From the NCBI GenBank assembly GCA_910587695.1, contig CAJUNC010000011.1:8187-72186 (forward strand): DNA of 64,000 nucleotides, written 5' to 3'. The translations under genes and the position numbers were made by a program. Of the stretch, positions 29,399-40,269 are shown one piece after another (within the stretch, counting starts at the first letter, position 1; each line of letters starts with the position of its first letter). The notes below the pieces were generated by a model. It was given only the letters and a program-made list of their open reading frames with translations. It searched no databases and had not been told where the DNA came from. The DNA is from an uncultured Lactobacillus sp. GTDB taxonomy: Bacteria; Bacillota; Bacilli; Lactobacillales; Lactobacillaceae.

Positions 29399-32071
29399 AT
29401 GGCAGAAGATAAGAAAATGTTATTAGTGGATGGTAATAGTGTGGCTTTTAGAGCCTTCTTTGCTCTCCACAACCAATTAGAGCGCTTTGTCAATCATGCT
29501 GGGCTGCATACTAATGCGATCTATGGCTTTAAATTGATGTTAGACAAGATCTTGGGTGATGTTTTACCGAGTAATGTTTTAGTTGCTTTCGATGCTGGTA
29601 AAGTGACTTTTAGAACGAAAGCTTATGCTGATTACAAAGGTGGACGTTCCAAGACCCCGACTGAATTGTCAGAACAGTTTCCTTACATTAGAGAATTGCT
29701 CGATGCTTATGGGATCAAACACTATGAATTACCAGAATATGAAGCTGATGATATTATCGGGACGATGGCAGCTCAAGCAGAGAAAGCGGGGTATCAAGTC
29801 ACGATCGTAACGGGTGACCGAGATCTGACCCAGTTGACAACTGACAAGACGACGGTTGCGGTGACGATCAAAGGGGTAACTGAGATCGAAGAGTATACGC
29901 CAGCTCATGTGGTCGAAAAATACGGCTTGCAACCAGCACAGATCGTTGATATGAAGGGGTTGACGGGTGATAGCTCAGATAACTACCCTGGGGTGACTAA
30001 AGTCGGTGAAAAGACAGCGATCAAACTTTTAAAACAATACGACACGATCGAAGGGATCTATGAAAACATTGAAGCGATGAAAAAGTCCAAGTTAAAGGAA
30101 AACTTGATCAATGATAAAGAGATCGCATTTCAGTGTAAAGATCTTGCAACGATCAGAAAAGATGCTCCAGTAGCACTCACTTTAGCACAGACAGCTTGGC
30201 CAGGCGCTAAAAAAGAAGATCAGCTCAAGTTCTTTGAAGAGATGGATTTTAAGAGTTTTATCGCTCAATTACAAGCTAATTCGAACGACGATATCAGTGC
30301 AGGATCTACTTTGAGTAAATTAAAGGTCGAGACTTTGGATGAAGCTAAAGTCGAAAAGTTAGTTTATGATAAAGATTCTGATATCAGCTTTTATCTTGAA
30401 CTAAGCGATGATAATTACCATACGGCTGACTTTTGGGGCTTTGGTCTTAAGATCGACGACCGATACTACGCAGCTAGAGATGTTGAGCTTTTGAAGTTAC
30501 CCAAACTAAAGCAGTTGCTGGAAGATCCAGCGATCGAAGTTGATGTGTTTGATGGTAAACAGACCTATGTAGCTCTAGAGCGTCTAGATATTGAACTAAA
30601 AAATATCAATTTTGACTTACTTTTAGTCTCATATCTGCTAAATACAAGTGATAACAGCAATGATCTGGGTAATTTAGCCAAGCGCCATGATCACTTCGAT
30701 GTTTTGACTGATGAAGAAGTCTATGGAAAAGGGGCCAAGCGCAAAGTCCCAGCCGATGATACGACATATTTTGAGCATTTAGCGCATAAACTAAAAGCTA
30801 TCTCAGATCTAGAAGATAAGTTGATGAAAGAGCTAGCTGAAAATGAGCAAGAAGATCTTTATTTTGAGATCGAACGCCCACTTTCTTTAGTCTTAGCGCA
30901 GATGGAGATCGCTGGGATCAAAGTCGACCGTGAACGCTTAGATATCATGCAAAGTGAATTTAAGGAACGTTTGAGTGAGTTAGAACAACAGATCTATAAC
31001 GAAGCTGGTGAGAAATTCAATATCAATTCACCTAAGCAACTTGGGGTGATCTTGTTTGAAAAATTAAAATTGCCGGTCGTCAAAAAGACTAAAACAGGTT
31101 ACTCAACGGCTGTAGATGTCTTAGAAAAATTACGTGGGATGTCACCGATCATCGATGATATTTTAGCTTACCGTCAATTAGCTAAATTACAATCGACCTA
31201 TGTTGAAGGCTTATTAAAAGTTATCGCAGCTGATGGTAAGGTCCACACACGTTATACACAAACTTTAACGGCAACGGGTCGTTTATCATCAGTTGATCCT
31301 AATTTGCAAAACATCCCCGTTCGTTTAGAAGAAGGGCGTAAGATCCGGCAAGCTTTTGTACCAAGTCATCCAGATTGGGAGATCTTTGCTTCTGACTATT
31401 CTCAGATCGAGTTACGGGTCTTAGCCCATATTTCAAAGGATCCACATATGCAACAAGCTTTCAAGGATGATTTTGATATTCACGCTAATACTGCGATGCG
31501 TATTTTTGGACTAGACGATCCAAGTGAAGTTACGGCTAATATGCGTCGCCAAGCTAAAGCGGTCAACTTCGGGATCGTTTATGGGATCAGTGATTTTGGT
31601 TTGGCCCAAAGTATCGGAAGTACGCGTAAGCAGGCAAAAGAATTTATGGAGACGTATCTAGCCTCATTTCCTGGAGTCCATCGATACATGCAAGATATCA
31701 TTGAGAGCGCGCGCCAAAAAGGCTATGTTGAAACACTTTTCCATCGTCGGCGGTATCTTCCAGATATCAAGAGCAGAAATTACAACTTGCGCTCATTTGC
31801 GGAACGGACTGCGATGAATACTCCGATCCAAGGGAGTGCAGCTGATATCATCAAAGTTGCAATGATCAATATGCAACAAGCCTTAAAAGATGCGGGCTTA
31901 GAAGCCAAGATGTTGTTACAAGTACACGATGAGTTGATCTTTGAAGCACCTAAAGCAGAGATCCCTAAATTAAAAGAGTTGGTACCAAAGATCATGGATT
32001 CGGCTGTTGAACTTTCGGTCCCATTGAAGGTCGAAAGTGCTAGTGGTAAGACGTGGTTTGAAACTAAATAA
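29399..32071 (+). CDS. polA: DNA polymerase I
   Basis: 5'-nuclease N-terminus, then pol motifs A (DYSQIELR), B (RRQAKAVNFGIVYG) and C (QVHDEL). Confidence 0.95.
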   Translation: MAEDKKMLLVDGNSVAFRAFFALHNQLERFVNHAGLHTNAIYGFKLMLDKILGDVLPSNVLVAFDAGKVTFRTKAYADYKGGRSKTPTELSEQFPYIRELLDAYGIKHYELPEYEADDIIGTMAAQAEKAGYQVTIVTGDRDLTQLTTDKTTVAVTIKGVTEIEEYTPAHVVEKYGLQPAQIVDMKGLTGDSSDNYPGVTKVGEKTAIKLLKQYDTIEGIYENIEAMKKSKLKENLINDKEIAFQCKDLATIRKDAPVALTLAQTAWPGAKKEDQLKFFEEMDFKSFIAQLQANSNDDISAGSTLSKLKVETLDEAKVEKLVYDKDSDISFYLELSDDNYHTADFWGFGLKIDDRYYAARDVELLKLPKLKQLLEDPAIEVDVFDGKQTYVALERLDIELKNINFDLLLVSYLLNTSDNSNDLGNLAKRHDHFDVLTDEEVYGKGAKRKVPADDTTYFEHLAHKLKAISDLEDKLMKELAENEQEDLYFEIERPLSLVLAQMEIAGIKVDRERLDIMQSEFKERLSELEQQIYNEAGEKFNINSPKQLGVILFEKLKLPVVKKTKTGYSTAVDVLEKLRGMSPIIDDILAYRQLAKLQSTYVEGLLKVIAADGKVHTRYTQTLTATGRLSSVDPNLQNIPVRLEEGRKIRQAFVPSHPDWEIFASDYSQIELRVLAHISKDPHMQQAFKDDFDIHANTAMRIFGLDDPSEVTANMRRQAKAVNFGIVYGISDFGLAQSIGSTRKQAKEFMETYLASFPGVHRYMQDIIESARQKGYVETLFHRRRYLPDIKSRNYNLRSFAERTAMNTPIQGSAADIIKVAMINMQQALKDAGLEAKMLLQVHDELIFEAPKAEIPKLKELVPKIMDSAVELSVPLKVESASGKTWFETK

Positions 32072-32090
32072 TATAAGATGAGGTGAAAAA

Positions 32091-32921
32091 ATGCCAGAGT
32101 TACCAGAAGTAGAGACAGTTCGTCGCGGTTTGGAAAAATTAGTTTTAGGCCAAAAGATCGCACGAGTCGAAGTTTTATATCCTAAGATGATCGTTGGTGA
32201 TGCTGACGATTTTAGAGATAAATTAAAAGATCAAACACTTGAAAAGATCCAACGTCGGGGGAAGTATTTGCTCTTTAGATTTTCAAATGATCTTACCGTC
32301 GTCTCCCATTTGCGCATGGAAGGTAAGTTTTATGTCAAAGAAGCGATTGATCCAGTCGATAAGCACACACATGTCATCTTTTATCTAGCCGATGGCCGTC
32401 AGTTGCGCTATAACGATGTCCGTAAATTTGGGCGGATGCAATTAGTCAAAACGGGCAGTGAAGAAAAGCTGCCTGGTTTGGCCAAATTGGGGCCTGAGCC
32501 AGTAGATGAAACTTTTAAAGTTGCTGATTTTTATCAAAAGCTACAAAAAAAGAAGAAAAATATCAAGACTGCCTTACTTGATCAGACCTTGGTCACTGGG
32601 CTAGGCAATATCTATGTTGATGAGGTATTGTGGCAAAGTAAGATCCATCCTGAGACGTCATGTCAAAAATTGACCTTAGAACAAGCATCGACACTGCATG
32701 ATAATATCATCACTGAATTAGCTAAAGCGATCAAAGCTGGTGGAACAACGATCAGAAGTTACACGGATGCTTTCCAAAAAACGGGCGCTTTTCAATTTGA
32801 ACTAGATGTTTATGGGCGAACCAATGAGCCGTGCAAACGTTGTGGTACAAAGATCCAAAAGATCATTGTGGGACAACGGGGCACGCATTTTTGTCCGCAT
32901 TGCCAGCAGGTGGTAAAATGA
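32091..32921 (+). CDS. mutM: Formamidopyrimidine-DNA glycosylase
   Basis: MPELPEVETVRRGL N-terminus and a C-terminal zinc finger CKRCG...CPHCQ. Confidence 0.93.
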   Translation: MPELPEVETVRRGLEKLVLGQKIARVEVLYPKMIVGDADDFRDKLKDQTLEKIQRRGKYLLFRFSNDLTVVSHLRMEGKFYVKEAIDPVDKHTHVIFYLADGRQLRYNDVRKFGRMQLVKTGSEEKLPGLAKLGPEPVDETFKVADFYQKLQKKKKNIKTALLDQTLVTGLGNIYVDEVLWQSKIHPETSCQKLTLEQASTLHDNIITELAKAIKAGGTTIRSYTDAFQKTGAFQFELDVYGRTNEPCKRCGTKIQKIIVGQRGTHFCPHCQQVVK

Positions 32922-33523
32922 CATATATTTTAGGCTTGACTGGCGGGATCGGAATGGGCAAAACGACGATCAGCAATTTTTTACAAACATTAGGTTTTAA
33001 GATCCTCGATGCTGATGTGATCGCCCGAAAAGTCGTTGAACCAGCGACTCCTGGTCTAGCTGAACTACAAAAAACATTTGGACCTCAGATCATCCAAACT
33101 GATCAGACTTTAGATCGGGCTAAGCTCGGTAAGATAGTCTTTAGTGATCCTAAGAAATTAGCTCAACTAGACCAGATCATGCAGCCATTGATCAGAGCTG
33201 AATATGAAAAACAGCTGACCTTAGCTGAGCAAAAAGGCTGTAAAGTAGTTGTGATCGATGCCGCTTTATTATTTGAAAATGGTTATGCAGATCATTGTGA
33301 TGCAGTTATCAATGTTGAAGTTCCTAAAGCAGTCCAATTAAAACGGATCATAGAACGCGATCATTTGAGTGAAGAGGCGGCACTTGAGCGGATCACTAGT
33401 CAGATGTCTGCTGAAAAAAGGCGAAAATTGGCTACAATTACAGTAGATAGTTCGGGAACAGTTGAAGAAACGCAAGCGCAAGTGATAAAATGGCTAGAGA
33501 TAAATAATTTAATCGAAAATTAG
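32918..33523 (+). CDS. coaE: Dephospho-CoA kinase
   Basis: [15 protein letters not shown]-loop. The ATG at 32918 overlaps the mutM TGA (ATGA). Confidence 0.9.
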   Translation: MTYILGLTGGIGMGKTTISNFLQTLGFKILDADVIARKVVEPATPGLAELQKTFGPQIIQTDQTLDRAKLGKIVFSDPKKLAQLDQIMQPLIRAEYEKQLTLAEQKGCKVVVIDAALLFENGYADHCDAVINVEVPKAVQLKRIIERDHLSEEAALERITSQMSAEKRRKLATITVDSSGTVEETQAQVIKWLEINNLIEN

Positions 33524-33540
33524 GCAGCGAGGTAAAGATT

Positions 33541-34011
33541 ATGAAGTGTCCAAATTGTCATCAAAATGGATCACGTGTAGTGGATAGCCGTCCCGCCGAC
33601 AATGGACATGCCATTCGGCGCCGGCGGGAATGTGAAAATTGTGGTTTCCGTTTTACTACATTTGAAAGAGTAGAAGCAGCGCCACTATTAGTTATTAAGA
33701 AAAATGGTGCCAGAGAAGAATTTAATCGTGAAAAAGTTTTGCGGGGTGTCATGCGAGCGGCTGAAAAACGACCCGTTGCAATGGATGAGATCCAAAATAT
33801 CGTCGATCAAGTCGAAACAAAGATCCGTGCCGTCGGAGGTAATGAAGTTTCCAGCCAATTGATCGGTGAATATGTGATGGAGATCTTAGCAAATGTCGAT
33901 GATATCGCCTATATCAGATTTGCTAGCGTCTATCGTGAATTTAAAGATATGGCATCTTTTGCAAAGGAATTGCAAGACTTGATGGCACGTGACAACGAAA
34001 AAAGTAAGTAG
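33541..34011 (+). CDS. nrdR: Transcriptional repressor NrdR
   Basis: MKCPNC...VVDSR...RRRREC..CG.RFTTFE zinc ribbon plus an ATP-cone. Confidence 0.93.
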   Translation: MKCPNCHQNGSRVVDSRPADNGHAIRRRRECENCGFRFTTFERVEAAPLLVIKKNGAREEFNREKVLRGVMRAAEKRPVAMDEIQNIVDQVETKIRAVGGNEVSSQLIGEYVMEILANVDDIAYIRFASVYREFKDMASFAKELQDLMARDNEKSK

Positions 34012-34028
34012 TAGGGGGATGTTAGGCG

Positions 34029-35399
34029 ATGAGTGAAGGATTAAGGCAGATGTCGCCTAAGGATGGTTACGTTGTCAATACTAAAGCCCATATCGGTTCG
34101 ACAGAGTTCAAAGTCATTTTAAAGCTCTACCAGCCGTTGATGGGCGTCAATGCTTATGGTATTTATTCACTATTAGCGACTAAAGTAGCTCAAACACCAG
34201 ATCTGTTAGCGCGCCGGATGCATAAAGAGCTATTGGATATTTTGAGTTTAGGTTTACGTGACTTTTACGAAGCCCGGATCAGATTAGAAGCACTTGGACT
34301 ATTGAAGACATTCGTTCAAAAAGATGAACTTGGTCAAGTGTTTATCTATGAGTTACAAGCCCCTTTGAGTGCCGAAGATTTCTTTAAAGATGATCTCTTG
34401 AGCATGCTTTTAGCCGATTCATTAGGGCAGATCCAATATGATGAGTTGAAACAAGAATTTGTCAAACCAGCTTTCACATATGCTAATGCTAAAGAGGTCA
34501 CCAAGTCGCTTCTAGATGTTTTTACCGTGAAAAAAGATACGTTGCTCAAAAATTCACAGGTAAAAGCGCCAGCTAAACCGACTAAAAATTTTGTCGATTC
34601 AGTCGAAGTTGATCTTGATGTGGAATACTTAAAAGAGCTTTTAGCCCAGTCTTTTGTGCCTGCAACTGAGATCAGCCGTTCACTTGAGACCTTAAAGTCG
34701 ATTGCTTTATTGTATGGTCTAAATGAACTAGAACTCGTCAAATTGCTTGAACAAGCGCTAAATGTCAAGGACGATAAAGTTGATCTTGAACTTGTCAAAA
34801 AATTAGCCACACAGCAATTTGATCGGCAATTTAAAGAGATAACCCCTAAAGAGTCTAAAGTGACTGCATCGATCGATCCGGAGGTAAGTGCGGAATTGAC
34901 GCAAACTGACTTAGCACTGATCGCTGTTTCAAAACAATATCTGCCACTTGAATTTATCGAAGAACTCAAACGGCAAAAGAACAGTTTTGTGACTAATCTA
35001 GAGCGTTATACGGTCAAAAATTTGGTGGAAAAACAAGTGTTGCCAAATGCAGTGATCAATGTCTTGTTACACTATTATTTGATCGCGCAAAATAACACGA
35101 TGCTAGAAGATAAAGTCGCTAATCGTTTTACTAAAGCCGCAGCAAAATTGGCAGAAAAAAAGATAACAGCTCCAGAAGAAGCCATGCTTTATATGCGTAA
35201 GGCTAACCAGAAAGCACGAAAAGAACAGCAACAAAAGCCATATTATGCGCGAAAGCAACAGATCGTACAAAAAGAAACGCTCCCTGAATGGGCAAAAGAT
35301 AAAAAAGAAGGATCGAAAGCTAAGCCAACTAAAGAAGATAAACAGGTATTAAATGCCCAGATCGACGAATTATTGGCACAACTAGAACAAAGTGAATAG
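34029..35399 (+). CDS. dnaB: Replication initiation and membrane attachment protein DnaB (Firmicute helicase co-loader)
   Basis: 456 aa. The nrdR-dnaB-dnaI synteny and the N-terminal DnaB_2-like region (YQPLMGVNAYGIYSLL) support the call. Confidence 0.8.
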   Translation: MSEGLRQMSPKDGYVVNTKAHIGSTEFKVILKLYQPLMGVNAYGIYSLLATKVAQTPDLLARRMHKELLDILSLGLRDFYEARIRLEALGLLKTFVQKDELGQVFIYELQAPLSAEDFFKDDLLSMLLADSLGQIQYDELKQEFVKPAFTYANAKEVTKSLLDVFTVKKDTLLKNSQVKAPAKPTKNFVDSVEVDLDVEYLKELLAQSFVPATEISRSLETLKSIALLYGLNELELVKLLEQALNVKDDKVDLELVKKLATQQFDRQFKEITPKESKVTASIDPEVSAELTQTDLALIAVSKQYLPLEFIEELKRQKNSFVTNLERYTVKNLVEKQVLPNAVINVLLHYYLIAQNNTMLEDKVANRFTKAAAKLAEKKITAPEEAMLYMRKANQKARKEQQQKPYYARKQQIVQKETLPEWAKDKKEGSKAKPTKEDKQVLNAQIDELLAQLEQSE

Positions 35400-35416
35400 A
35401 AAGGTAGGTGGCTAGG

Positions 35417-36346
35417 ATGGAAGATCTAGGTAAAAATTTGACTGAGCAGATGCAAAGAAATAATTGGAATGAGCGCTATCAAAAACTGATCACTGAGATC
35501 TTACAAGATACCGAGGTGCGTACTTTTTTGGCTGAGAACAGTCAAACTTTGACACAAGAAGATGTGATGAAAAGTGCGAGTAAACTATATGAATTTGTAA
35601 CTTTAAAAAAGCAGATAGCTCAAGGTAAACAGACTTTTGCGCCAGGTTATCTACCAACACTTGCGATCAGCAATCATCGGATCGAAGTCGTGTATGTCCC
35701 TACAGCTGAACTCAAAGCTAAACGAGAACAAAAAGCCTTGGAAGCGCGCGTTAAGACGATCAATTTACCGCGTAGTGTTCGGAAAGCACAATTAAAAGAT
35801 TATGAGCGCAGTGATGAACGCATGGAAGCTTTAAAAGCTGCCTTATCTTTTATCACTAGTTATACAAAAGATCCTAAAGAATTTCACAAGGGCTTGTATC
35901 TAGAAGGAAGTTTTGGTGTAGGTAAGACCTATCTTTTAGCAGCGATCGCTAACGATCTAGCTAAGAGGGGTTATCAAACGACTTTGGTGCATTTCCCATC
36001 GTTTGCAGTTGAGATCAAAAGTTCGATCGGTAAAAATCAAACGACAGAGTATATCGATAGTTTAAAAAAGGCACAAGTCTTGATGATCGATGATATCGGT
36101 GCTGATTCTTTGAGCAGTTGGCTAAGAGATGATGTTTTAGGTGTCATCTTACAATACCGGATGCAAGAAGAACTACCGACCTTTTTTAGCTCTAATCTCT
36201 CATTGGCACAGCTAGAACAGCAGTATTTGACGGTCAATAATCGTGGCGAGGCTGAACCATTGAAAGCTAAGCGCATTATGGAACGGATCAAGTTTTTGGC
36301 CGATGAGTACCATGTTGTAGGAAAAAATCGCCGAAATCCGGAATAA
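35417..36346 (+). CDS. dnaI: Primosomal protein / helicase loader DnaI
   Basis: AAA+ Walker A GSFGVGKTYLL and Walker B LMIDDIG. ATG at 35417. Confidence 0.88.
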   Translation: MEDLGKNLTEQMQRNNWNERYQKLITEILQDTEVRTFLAENSQTLTQEDVMKSASKLYEFVTLKKQIAQGKQTFAPGYLPTLAISNHRIEVVYVPTAELKAKREQKALEARVKTINLPRSVRKAQLKDYERSDERMEALKAALSFITSYTKDPKEFHKGLYLEGSFGVGKTYLLAAIANDLAKRGYQTTLVHFPSFAVEIKSSIGKNQTTEYIDSLKKAQVLMIDDIGADSLSSWLRDDVLGVILQYRMQEELPTFFSSNLSLAQLEQQYLTVNNRGEAEPLKAKRIMERIKFLADEYHVVGKNRRNPE

Positions 36347-36350
36347 TGAC

Positions 36351-36379
36351 TTGAAATTGAAGAAGTTTCGTGCTTAAAT
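36351..36379 (+). promoter_or_regulatory. Putative promoter of the thrS leader (TTGAAA-17-TTAAAT)
   Basis: Hexamers at 36351-36356 and 36374-36379 with a 17-nt spacer. Confidence 0.35.
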
Positions 36380-36612
36380 AGGAATTACATTAAGTAAAAG
36401 ACAAACGGCAAATCAATTCAGGGAAAGAGACCCTTGACTGCAAGTCTCTTAAAGAGGAGCTTACCACTTTTATCACGATAGCCTACTGCAAAGGTAGGAC
36501 GGCTCGTTTCCGTTATCGACGATCAAGAGAGGGTCAACTGACCTTGAAATTGGGTGGAACCGCGTTAAAGACGCCCCTAGTGTTAAATGTAGCACTAGGG
36601 GCGTCTTTTATG
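36380..36612 (+). promoter_or_regulatory. T-box leader controlling thrS
   Basis: T-box sequence AAATTGGGTGGAACCGCG at 36547-36563. Strong terminator agacgcccctagtg / cactaggggcgtct plus a T-run at 36569-36610. The candidate specifier is ACC (Thr) at 36463-36465, followed by A. Confidence 0.8.
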
Positions 36613-36641
36613 TCTTGGTAAAAATCAAGGAGGATCATATA

Positions 36642-38594
36642 ATGTCAGAGATCAATGTTAAGTTTCCAGATGGTGCTGTAAAACAATTTGCAGCTGGAAC
36701 AACAACACAAGATATCGCAAAATCTATCAGTATCAGCTTAGCTAAGAAGTCTGTTGCAGGTAAATTTAATGGTAAATTAGTGGATTACAACGAACCTTTA
36801 AACGAAGATGGTGAGATCGAGATCATCACTAAAGATTCTGATGAAGGGATGAACGTGTTATGGCAAACAGCTGCTAATGTTTTAGCTAGTGCTTTGCATA
36901 GCCTTTATCCAGAAATGAAGTTTGGTCAAGGTGAAGCCTTAGAACACGGTTTCTTCTTTGATACAGACAATGCAAGTGGTCAAGTGGCCGAAGTTGATTT
37001 TGAAAAGATCGAACAAAAGATGCAAGAGATCATCAAGCAAAACTTACCGATCGAACGTGTTGAATATACAAAAGAAGAAGCTTTGCAATTAGTTGCTGGT
37101 GATCAATACCAGACTGAATTAGTCGAAGAGATCGCTGCCGATAACGCTGGTAAAGTCGTAGCTCATAAGTTGGGTGATTTCAATGACTTCTCATTTGGAC
37201 CACAATTGGCTTCAACTGGTGCGATCAAGGTGTTCCAACTGCTTTCAGTGGCCGGTGCTTACTGGAAAGGTGCTTCAAGCAATCCAATGTTACAACGTAT
37301 CTATGGGACAGCATTTTACAAGCAAAAAGATCTTGATGCTGAATTACAACGCCGTAAAGAAGCACGTGAACGTGACCACCGTGTGATCGGTAACAATTTA
37401 GATCTCTTCTTTGTTGATCCTAAAGTTGGTGCAGGTCTACCATACTGGATGCCAAATGGGGCTACGATCCGTCGTACGATCGAACGCTATATCATCGATA
37501 AAGAAGTTGCTCGTGGTTACGAACATGTTTATACACCAATTTTAGCTAACGTTGATCTTTATAAACAATCAGGTCACTGGGATCACTACCGCGAAGATAT
37601 GTTTCCACCAATGGACATGGGTGATGGCGAATTACTTGAATTGCGTCCGATGAACTGCCCATCTCATATTCAAGTTTACAACCACCATATTCGTTCATAT
37701 CGTGATCTTCCATTGCGGATCGCTGAACTTGGGATGATGCACCGTTACGAAAAATCAGGTGCCTTGACAGGTCTTTCTCGTGTACGTGAAATGACATTAA
37801 ATGACGGGCATACTTTCGTGACACCAGATCAGATCGAAGAAGAATTCAAACGCACTTTACAATTGATGGTCGATGTCTATAATGACTTTGATATCAAAGA
37901 TTATCGTTTCCGTTTGAGCTACCGTGATCCTGAAAACACACATAAGTACTATGATGATGATGAAATGTGGGAAAAATCACAACGCATGCTCAAAGCTGCG
38001 ATGGATGATCTTGGCTTGGAATATTTTGAAGCTGAAGGCGAAGCTGCTTTCTACGGTCCTAAATTAGATGTTCAAACCAAGACAGCTCTCGGTGGGGAAG
38101 AAACACTTTCAACGATCCAATTGGACTTCTTGTTGCCAGAACGTTTCGACCTCAAATATACAGGGGCTGATGGTGAAGAACACCGTCCAGTTATGATCCA
38201 CCGTGGGATCGTATCAACGATGGAACGTTTCACAGCCTACTTGACAGAAATGTATAAGGGTGCTTTCCCAACTTGGTTAGCTCCAAAGCAAGTTGAGATC
38301 ATTCCAGTCAAGAATGAACTTCACTTAGATTATGCACGTCAATTGAGCTCAAAATTGGGTGCACATCAGATCCGTGTAAGCATCGATGATCGTAATGAAA
38401 AGATGGGTTACAAGATCCGTCAAGCTCAAGTGATGAAGACACCATATACTTTAGTTGTTGGTGACCAAGAAGTGGCTGACGGTACTGTGACCGTTCGTAA
38501 ATACGGTAGTGAAAAGACTGAAACAATGACCCAAGATGAATTCAGAAATCTTATCTTACACGATATCGAGACCTACAGCCGTAAAGAAGACTAG
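36642..38594 (+). CDS. thrS: Threonine-tRNA ligase
   Basis: TGS domain N-terminus, class II core ([20 protein letters not shown]) and an anticodon-binding C-terminus. ATG at 36642 behind AAGGAGGA. Confidence 0.95.
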   Translation: MSEINVKFPDGAVKQFAAGTTTQDIAKSISISLAKKSVAGKFNGKLVDYNEPLNEDGEIEIITKDSDEGMNVLWQTAANVLASALHSLYPEMKFGQGEALEHGFFFDTDNASGQVAEVDFEKIEQKMQEIIKQNLPIERVEYTKEEALQLVAGDQYQTELVEEIAADNAGKVVAHKLGDFNDFSFGPQLASTGAIKVFQLLSVAGAYWKGASSNPMLQRIYGTAFYKQKDLDAELQRRKEARERDHRVIGNNLDLFFVDPKVGAGLPYWMPNGATIRRTIERYIIDKEVARGYEHVYTPILANVDLYKQSGHWDHYREDMFPPMDMGDGELLELRPMNCPSHIQVYNHHIRSYRDLPLRIAELGMMHRYEKSGALTGLSRVREMTLNDGHTFVTPDQIEEEFKRTLQLMVDVYNDFDIKDYRFRLSYRDPENTHKYYDDDEMWEKSQRMLKAAMDDLGLEYFEAEGEAAFYGPKLDVQTKTALGGEETLSTIQLDFLLPERFDLKYTGADGEEHRPVMIHRGIVSTMERFTAYLTEMYKGAFPTWLAPKQVEIIPVKNELHLDYARQLSSKLGAHQIRVSIDDRNEKMGYKIRQAQVMKTPYTLVVGDQEVADGTVTVRKYGSEKTETMTQDEFRNLILHDIETYSRKED

Positions 38595-38603
38595 TATAGC
38601 CCT

Positions 38604-38639
38604 AAAAAGGCGAACGGAAAAGATCCGTTCGCCTTTTTT
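38604..38639. terminator. Bidirectional Rho-independent terminator
   Basis: ggcgaacgg / ccgttcgcc stem flanked by an A-run and a T-run. Confidence 0.6.
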
Positions 38640-38649
38640 GTCTACACTT

Positions 38650-39321
38650 TTACTTTTGGGCTTTCCATTCAAATTTGGTCAATTGATCGTTGTCAGAACT
38701 ACCGATCTTATGTCCATTTTCGTAAAATTCAAGGTCAAAGTCTTTTTTATTATAGTGATGTAAAAAGGATCTTCCCAAGTCGGCGATCTTTTTAGCGATC
38801 ACATCTTTTTCATGTGCTGGAGTGGTGTTAAAGCCATCAACAGTAGTGACCTTTAGTTCATCATCACCATCAAAAGTGACTTTTTGGACCATCGTGCTCC
38901 AAGCAAATTCTGTTTGACCAGCTTTGGCATATTCTTTTGCTTGCTTGAAATAATTGCTAAAAGCGGTATTGATATTTTGTTTTATGGTCTTCTTAGTTGC
39001 TTTTTTGACGACACTGTTTTTAGAACTGATCACGGTTCGATCACTGATATTTTCTAAAGTGTCTTTTTTAAAGATCAAAGAAACACTTTTTTGATCTTTG
39101 AGCGGATAAGTCCAGACACTATCTTCATATTTATCGTGTGCTGGTTTACCTAAAGTATCGATCATCTGGCGTTTGTTCATGCCAAGTTTGACCTGTTTGA
39201 AATTTTTTTTAGTCATCGTATCAGCTTGGATAGTTTGAGTCGTTGTTTGATAAGTGACAGTTTCTACAAGTCCTAAGCTCAGACAAGTCAACCCAAGCAT
39301 CAGTCCATGATTTAATTTCAT
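38650..39321 (-). CDS. Secreted hypothetical protein with a BamE/SmpA-OmlA (DUF3862-like) segment
   Basis: N-terminal signal-like helix. The segment FKQVKLGMNKRQMIDTLGKP resembles the BLIP/BamE-like fold pattern. ATG at 39321 behind AGAGGTG. Confidence 0.5.
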   Translation of the reverse strand: MKLNHGLMLGLTCLSLGLVETVTYQTTTQTIQADTMTKKNFKQVKLGMNKRQMIDTLGKPAHDKYEDSVWTYPLKDQKSVSLIFKKDTLENISDRTVISSKNSVVKKATKKTIKQNINTAFSNYFKQAKEYAKAGQTEFAWSTMVQKVTFDGDDELKVTTVDGFNTTPAHEKDVIAKKIADLGRSFLHHYNKKDFDLEFYENGHKIGSSDNDQLTKFEWKAQK

Positions 39322-39448
39322 AACGCTCACCTCTAGCTTTTATCTTAATCCTCTTAAATAAAAGTCGCAAAGATTTTAACCTGTTTTTGTCATATTAGAC
39401 AAATTGAATAGTTGAAAATCATCTCATAAGGTATTTTAGAAAAAGTTT

Positions 39449-39466
39449 ATTGTCAATTTTGACAAT
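39449..39466. promoter_or_regulatory. Perfect 8+8 palindrome ATTGTCAA-TT-TTGACAAT (operator-like, overlaps a TTGACA hexamer)
   Basis: Read directly from the sequence. It lies 89 nt upstream of the 39555 ORF in an AT-rich, GATC-free spacer. Confidence 0.4.
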
Positions 39467-39554
39467 TCTATGTGTGTAACAAAAAAGATGGTAGTATGTA
39501 ATCTATCCATAGAGGATATGGGTAAAATATTATCAATGACTAGGGGGAATACTC

Positions 39555-40268
39555 ATGGTTTTTACTTACTCTGATGGAACAAAAGTTGGTGAGCATGAAA
39601 AGCATTTACGTAAAGTAGGAAGTTTTTTGTTTGAAAATCCGTATATGGTTACTTTTGTATCAAAAGAAGATACCGTAGAATTTTTAAACTATGAAACAAC
39701 AGAGAGAGTTTTTTTAAATGAAGGAATGATTCTGAGTACCTGTGGTCTATTAAAAACAAATAGTGCACGAGTAGAAATTCGTAATAGAGATGGGGATTTA
39801 TATCGATTAGCAAGTAATAGCGAATTTAGTATTGAATATACGGTTGAAGGAATAAGACCAGTTTTTTATGGTAAAGTTCTATATGCTTCCGAAGATACTA
39901 TTACCTATTCTCCAGAAAAGAATAGAGGACCTATCAAACATGATTACAAAAGAAGTGGTGGTGGAAAATATCGAACTAGCTGTTATATGTTCAACTTTGG
40001 AAAAGGAATTGTGGTTATTGACAGTTTAGGGCCGAGTGAAGATGTATATTACAATTTAAGTGGTCCATTAGCTGTATATGAATATGATGAAATGGGCAGA
40101 CAGTTTACTATTTTTACAGCAGAACCTTTTCAAAAGATACGACTTAGATTTGACAACGGTAAGAAATTGCGTGAACGTTATCAAGTCTTAGAAAAGTCTC
40201 GAATTAGTAATTCTAGATTAAGTTCGCTATATCAACATTTTATTTTTCAAAATTCATGGGGATCATAA
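39555..40268 (+). CDS. Hypothetical protein, no family recognised (237 aa, predicted cytoplasmic, beta-rich)
   Basis: Clean ORF with a GGGGGA RBS. Its composition is atypical (AT-rich, no GATC). The stop lies 1 nt before the ABC exporter start. Confidence 0.6.
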   Translation: MVFTYSDGTKVGEHEKHLRKVGSFLFENPYMVTFVSKEDTVEFLNYETTERVFLNEGMILSTCGLLKTNSARVEIRNRDGDLYRLASNSEFSIEYTVEGIRPVFYGKVLYASEDTITYSPEKNRGPIKHDYKRSGGGKYRTSCYMFNFGKGIVVIDSLGPSEDVYYNLSGPLAVYEYDEMGRQFTIFTAEPFQKIRLRFDNGKKLRERYQVLEKSRISNSRLSSLYQHFIFQNSWGS

Positions 40269-40269
40269 G

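Noticed and set aside
31780-32163. 127-aa minus-strand ORF spanning the polA/mutM junction
   Set aside because: It is antisense to two strongly supported genes and has no RBS.
34346-34969. 207-aa Ser-rich ORF on the minus strand
   Set aside because: It lies entirely antisense within dnaB. It has low-complexity composition, no RBS and no recognisable family. It is a typical shadow ORF of an AT-rich, K/E-rich gene.
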